Positions 59,385 through 64,000 of a stretch of 64,000 nucleotides of DNA are shown here, piece by piece; the first letter of the stretch is position 1; each line of letters begins with the position of its first letter. This DNA comes from Bdellovibrionota bacterium. GTDB lineage: Bacteria > Bdellovibrionota_C > UBA2361 > OMII01. The position numbers and the translations under genes are program-made. The notes below the pieces were generated by a model, which was given only the letters and a program-made list of their open reading frames with translations, was not told where the DNA came from and did no database searches. Where the stretch lies: the NCBI GenBank assembly GCA_044345405.1, contig JBIJBE010000006.1, positions 40,682 through 104,681 on the forward strand. Direction: 5' to 3'.

Positions 59385-60167
59385 GTGATGACGCACGTTG
59401 AAGATCCTCGTTTCGCGCAGCTTGTCGACTCGGTTAAGGAGGCTGGCTCTCTGCTTATGTCGATGTGGCCGGGAAGAAAAGGTCAAACGGAGATACTCTC
59501 GATTTCGCAGAAAAAAGACGGCTCGCTTGTTTCCGCGGCTGACATGGCATCAAACGAGGCGCTCACGAAAGCGCTTCGTTCCTTATACCCTGATGACTTT
59601 ATCTTCTCTGAGGAGGTCGCGAGTGACGCCGCGACCGTTTTCGCTTCGCGTCGCACCTGGATTATAGACCCACTCGATGGGACCTCGGCTTTTCTTGAAG
59701 GTCGCGATGACTTTTCGGTGCTCGTTGGGCTCAGCGTTGATCATGCGGCGAACGCCGGAATCCTCTTTCTTCCGGCCCGTGATGAGATGTTCATCGCTCA
59801 GGTAGGGAAGGGGGCTTATCGGAACGAGACCCCGATTCGGGTTTCTGACGGGATGAAAGCTCGCGATGGACATGTGTATGTTCGGCGCTTTTCATCAAAG
59901 GCGCCAAACCTTGAGAGCCCTATGATGGATTCTGGCCTCGCGCTCGCTAAGGTCGCGTGTGGGGAGCTCGATGGAGCGATTATCAAAATGACAACCCACC
60001 GTGAGTGGGACATTGCGGCACCGATGGCGATCTTACGGGAGGCTGGTGCCACGGTTACTGATGAACGTGGGAGACAGATCCCCGTTGGAACAGGGGGGAT
60101 CGCCTTCGAATATTTCGTGGCCTCAAATGGGCGCACCCATGAAGAGCTTTTAACCATCATACCCTAG
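59385..60167 (+). CDS. Inositol monophosphatase/CysQ family
   Basis: SEE, WIIDPLDGT, WDIAA. Confidence 0.9.
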   Translation: MMTHVEDPRFAQLVDSVKEAGSLLMSMWPGRKGQTEILSISQKKDGSLVSAADMASNEALTKALRSLYPDDFIFSEEVASDAATVFASRRTWIIDPLDGTSAFLEGRDDFSVLVGLSVDHAANAGILFLPARDEMFIAQVGKGAYRNETPIRVSDGMKARDGHVYVRRFSSKAPNLESPMMDSGLALAKVACGELDGAIIKMTTHREWDIAAPMAILREAGATVTDERGRQIPVGTGGIAFEYFVASNGRTHEELLTIIP

Positions 60168-60334
60168 GGCGCTCCAGCTTCCTTTAGGGAGGCTCGTGCC
60201 CTTGTACCAGTAACGCTTCCAGCTAGTTAGCGGGGGCTGCTGTCTTCTCGTACTATTTTTCGCTCATGCACCGGAAGGGAACGGTCGATGTGTCCTTATG
60301 TAAGGCAGTTCTGTCTAAACATCCGGAAAACTGT

Positions 60335-61246
60335 ATGGGAATTAGATATACGGAAGATCAAAAGTGTTTGATAACCGCGGCTCGAGAGGGACAGCTCGAG
60401 GTGGTGAGAGACATGATTACGAGTGGCGTCGATATCGACTGCGAACTCAAGTATGGCAGCAGCGCTCTCATGATTGCGGCTTCTCGCGGACATGACGAAA
60501 TCGTTCGTCTTATGGCGTCGTCGGGGGCGAAAGTTAATCGTAGGAACAAGTTTGGAATCAGTCCGCTCTCAGAGGCAGCGGAGCGAGGACACCATAAGGT
60601 GCTCCGTACGCTCGTTGAGTTTGGGGCAGACGTTAACATGCTCCACAATAACGGTGGGACAGCGATATTGGCCGCCGCGGTTCGTCGAGACCTCAAAACT
60701 TTGAGAGTTCTCCTTGAGCTAGGGGCGAATGTAGAGATCGAAAATTTCGACGGATGGAGCGCTCGCAAATGGGTGCTCTCTGAATCTGATCCCGCCTTCC
60801 TTGAAGCGCTGGGGATAACGAAACATGAACACCATGAGGTAGGAATGAAAGTAGAGGGAAGTGTAGTTAAAGATGAAGCTAAAGAGACTCGGGTCATGGT
60901 AAGCCCGGTCGGCCAGGCCTTCTGGACCGTTTTCATGCGGGCCGCGGCTTCTGGCGACATTGAGACCGTGCGTCGACTGATCGACGACGGCGTTGAGATT
61001 AACGGTCAAAGTCCGAATGGGACAACCGCTCTTATGGCGGCTATTAAGAATGGACGCGCAGAGATAGCGTGTGAGCTTATTGAGTTGGGAGCTGACCTCT
61101 CGATTTGCGACCAAGATGGCCTGAGCGCAATTCAATGGGCTCAAAAAAAGGAGCTGACTCCTTTTCTTTCGGTGCTCAAGGAGCGCGACCTCCTAGGTGA
61201 GGTTGCCGGAGAGGGAGAGGTGGATCCGGCCCACGCCCTACAATAG
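60335..61246 (+). CDS. Ankyrin repeat protein
   Basis: Repeated GxxAL/PL..AA..G units (GSSALMIAA, GISPLSEAA, GTTALMAA). Confidence 0.9.
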   Translation: MGIRYTEDQKCLITAAREGQLEVVRDMITSGVDIDCELKYGSSALMIAASRGHDEIVRLMASSGAKVNRRNKFGISPLSEAAERGHHKVLRTLVEFGADVNMLHNNGGTAILAAAVRRDLKTLRVLLELGANVEIENFDGWSARKWVLSESDPAFLEALGITKHEHHEVGMKVEGSVVKDEAKETRVMVSPVGQAFWTVFMRAAASGDIETVRRLIDDGVEINGQSPNGTTALMAAIKNGRAEIACELIELGADLSICDQDGLSAIQWAQKKELTPFLSVLKERDLLGEVAGEGEVDPAHALQ

Positions 61247-61425
61247 GTTTTAGAAGCCATACGATATCGCCGCTGCTCTCGAGGCGCCGTCACCCCTGAA
61301 TACCGGTAGCCATGCCGCGCGGCGTATGCGCGACTCAGAGGGTAAGCGTCTGGTACGAAACGGGTCGCCCACAGCCCCCATTTATGCGAGACTACCCCCG
61401 GCTTTGCCGTTGCACAGGGGTATTC

Positions 61426-62106
61426 ATGGAACTTATCACCGAACTCTTTAACTTCATCCTTCACATAGACGTTCGTCTGGCGGAGCTCGCTCGAGATTAT
61501 GGTGTCTGGGTCTACGGCATTCTTTTCCTGATCGTTTTCTGTGAAACGGGTCTCGTGGTTACCCCGTTCCTTCCGGGAGACTCCCTCTTATTCGCCGCGG
61601 GCGCTTTGGCTGGCGGAGCGCTCTCTGTCGACGGAGTAAGCACGGCGGGTATGTACAACGTTCATCTCTTGGCGCTCCTGCTCTTCATCGCCGCGGTTGT
61701 GGGGGATGCCGTCAACTACATGGTGGGACGAAAGATAGGACCTGCTGTTTTTGAGAAGAAGGATTCCCGTATCTTTAAGCCGCAGTACCTCGATCGAACG
61801 CAGAAGTTCTTCGAGAAGTACGGCTCGAAGACTATCGTGTTCGCTCGATTCGTCCCGATAGTCCGAACGTTCGCCCCATTCCTTGCCGGCGTGGGCACGA
61901 TGTCCTATCCAAAGTTCGCCTTCTACAACGTCACGGGGGCTCTCGTTTGGGTGGCTTCCTTCACCTATGCTGGCTATTTCTTTGGATCTACCCCTATAGT
62001 TCAGAAAAACTTCAAACTTGTTATTCTCGCCATCATCATAATCTCTATTATGCCGGCGGTTATTGAAGTGATGAAAGCTCGTCGAGAGGCTCGCTCTAAC
62101 GCCTAA
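61426..62106 (+). CDS. dedA: DedA family membrane protein
   Basis: [35 protein letters not shown]. Confidence 0.94.
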   Translation: MELITELFNFILHIDVRLAELARDYGVWVYGILFLIVFCETGLVVTPFLPGDSLLFAAGALAGGALSVDGVSTAGMYNVHLLALLLFIAAVVGDAVNYMVGRKIGPAVFEKKDSRIFKPQYLDRTQKFFEKYGSKTIVFARFVPIVRTFAPFLAGVGTMSYPKFAFYNVTGALVWVASFTYAGYFFGSTPIVQKNFKLVILAIIIISIMPAVIEVMKARREARSNA

Positions 62107-62186
62107 GCTCGGGTTGTGGCGCCCAAGCTAGGGTTGGGGTTGGTTGCGTCGTCGAGGGCTACGGTATACTGAAGAGGGGTCGCCGT

Positions 62187-63761
62187 GTGCCGGTCTACAA
62201 AGGGGATAGCGAGCGCGTGGTTCAAAGAAGATACATAACCGGTGTCCTTCTCGCGCTCGCTCTGTGGGCTGGCGACCCTTCCGGTGCCTTCGGTGATGAA
62301 AGCGGCCGCTACATCGTTCGGTTTAAGAAAACCTCCTCCGCCCCTGTCACCGCGAAGTCTTTCTCTCGACAGCCCTCATTCTCTCTCTCAAGAGCCGAAC
62401 GGGTTCTTCCCCTCGACAACTCGGTAGTTGTAACGCTCACTCCCGCGCAGCGAGCTCAAGTCCAGTCGCGTCCTGATGTCGAATCGATCGAGGTCGACGG
62501 CAAGATTACGGCGTTCTTTGTACCAAACGATACCTCCTATCCTCAACAGTACGCTCTCTCTGGCGCGTATGGTATTCAAGCGCCACGTGCGTGGGACATT
62601 ACCCGTGGCAGCACAACTAAACTTGTCGCGGTTATCGACTCCGGTATCGACTTCACTCATGAGGATCTTCAAGAAAATATTTGGAATAACCCGGCGGAAC
62701 TCGCTGCCAACGGCGTAGACGATGACGGTAACGGGTATGTGGATGATATCCGTGGATACGATTTCGGCTCAGATGTTGGTGATAGTGATCCGACAGATGA
62801 AAATGGGCACGGAACGCATGTCGCCGGGATTATCGCCGCCACCGGCAACAACGCGCTTGGCGTTATAGGGGTTGCGTGGAATACCGCGATCATCCCAGTG
62901 AAGTGTCTCGACGATCAAGGTAATGGATATATCTCCTATTTAGTAAACGCGCTCGATTACGTGGCAACCCTCAAAGACCAAGGATATCCGATTGCGGTAG
63001 TGAATATGTCGCTCGGAACAAGCGAGACATCTGACGCGTTGAACCGAGCGGTAGCGCGTGTGGCCGCCAGGGGAATTATGCTTGTAGCGGCCGCGGGGAA
63101 TAGCTACGGACAAAATAACGACGAGATACCAAGTTTCCCCGCCAACTCAGATAGCCCCAACGTGATTGCGGTAGCGGCGACCACCTCATCGGGAGCGCTT
63201 GCGGGATTTTCTAACTATGGGCCGACAACGGTTGACCTTGGAGCCCCGGGCTCGGACATCCTTAGCACCGTTCCACCACTCATCCGAGGAGCTCCCTACG
63301 AATACATCGATGGCACGTCGATGGCGGCGCCGGTTGTCTCGGGGGTAGTCGCGCTCATCGCGGCGGCTAATCCAGCAGCGACCCCGATGCTCATTCGTGA
63401 CATCCTTCTCTCCACCGTGACGCCGCTCAGTTCGCTCAAAGGTAAGGTAGTATCGGGTGGGCTCGCCGACGCGTACAGCGCCGCCGCGGTTGCTGCCGCT
63501 TCAACCAAACGGTTTCGTGTGTCGGGCACCGTCAAGCGGCGTAGGCGAGGGGTTGGAAATGTGACGATAACGCTCCGGCTCGCCACCGGTCCAACCTATC
63601 GCAAGACGGTCGTGACATCCTCGACCGGTCGCTTCGTTTTCAAGGAGATTCCCCCTGGAACGTATACGGTAAAAGCCGCTCGTCATGGACTAAAGTTTAG
63701 TTCGAGTTTACGGCGCATAGTGGTCGCGAGCGCCAAAACAGTGAACTTTACCGTTCCCTAA
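62187..63761 (+). CDS. Secreted S8 subtilisin-like protease with C-terminal beta-sandwich domain
   Basis: VIDSG, HGTHVAG, AAAGN, GTSMAAP. Confidence 0.94.
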   Translation: MPVYKGDSERVVQRRYITGVLLALALWAGDPSGAFGDESGRYIVRFKKTSSAPVTAKSFSRQPSFSLSRAERVLPLDNSVVVTLTPAQRAQVQSRPDVESIEVDGKITAFFVPNDTSYPQQYALSGAYGIQAPRAWDITRGSTTKLVAVIDSGIDFTHEDLQENIWNNPAELAANGVDDDGNGYVDDIRGYDFGSDVGDSDPTDENGHGTHVAGIIAATGNNALGVIGVAWNTAIIPVKCLDDQGNGYISYLVNALDYVATLKDQGYPIAVVNMSLGTSETSDALNRAVARVAARGIMLVAAAGNSYGQNNDEIPSFPANSDSPNVIAVAATTSSGALAGFSNYGPTTVDLGAPGSDILSTVPPLIRGAPYEYIDGTSMAAPVVSGVVALIAAANPAATPMLIRDILLSTVTPLSSLKGKVVSGGLADAYSAAAVAAASTKRFRVSGTVKRRRRGVGNVTITLRLATGPTYRKTVVTSSTGRFVFKEIPPGTYTVKAARHGLKFSSSLRRIVVASAKTVNFTVP

Positions 63762-63785
63762 TCTCCTATGAGAAGGGTCGAAGAA

Positions 63786-64000
63786 TTATTCGAGGTCAGG
63801 AGCGTCGAGATTACCACGTTCGTCCGAGCTCGATGATGGAGCCTCACCCGTGATGACTGGCGTTGCCTCGTGCGTAACCTCATAGATGGAGATGAAGGGC
63901 ACTCCCTTTGCCTGCGCAACGTAGACCGGCTGTTTAGTCAGGTGTCTCTCAAAGCGCACGTCCGTGACTTTTAGATTCCCTTGCACGAGAACGTAATCGG
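63786..64000 (-). CDS. 3' end of a hypothetical protein running in from the window end
   Basis: Open frame ending ...GNLDAPDLE*; function not assignable. Confidence 0.4.
   Translation of the reverse strand, partial: DYVLVQGNLKVTDVRFERHLTKQPVYVAQAKGVPFISIYEVTHEATPVITGEAPSSSSDERGNLDAPDLE

Overview
64 kb of a moderately GC-rich bacterial replicon. Gene content (short flagellins, csrA, orphan fliG, Tad/VirB2-like pilins) suggests a deltaproteobacterial/Bdellovibrionota-like lineage; this is inference only. Most of it is housekeeping and accessory genes (comF, mazG, csrA, ahcY, apaG, cmoB, tRNA-Thr, rsfS, trpS, fbaB, ung, rsgA, amgK/rapZ-CTD/murU, folC, ispA, dedA). Main observations: (1) a plasmid-type replication/partition cassette among core genes at 53-57 kb (RPA-like repA, AT-rich tract, eight ~22-bp-phased iteron-like motifs, parA-parB, non-canonical parS-like palindromes); (2) two tandem copies of a ~230-nt structured RNA candidate I cannot assign to a family (18.3-19.0 kb), with pairing-preserving substitutions, two pseudoknots and terminators; (3) an RRM-ribosomal protein S18 fusion; (4) a stand-alone proteasome-beta-like Ntn protein with Ser1; (5) a B12-binding/C-terminal XRE regulator; (6) several REP/MITE-like repeat families, one pair bracketing a CHASE4 hybrid kinase. 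All calls come from reading the sequence by eye; no searches or folding programs were run.
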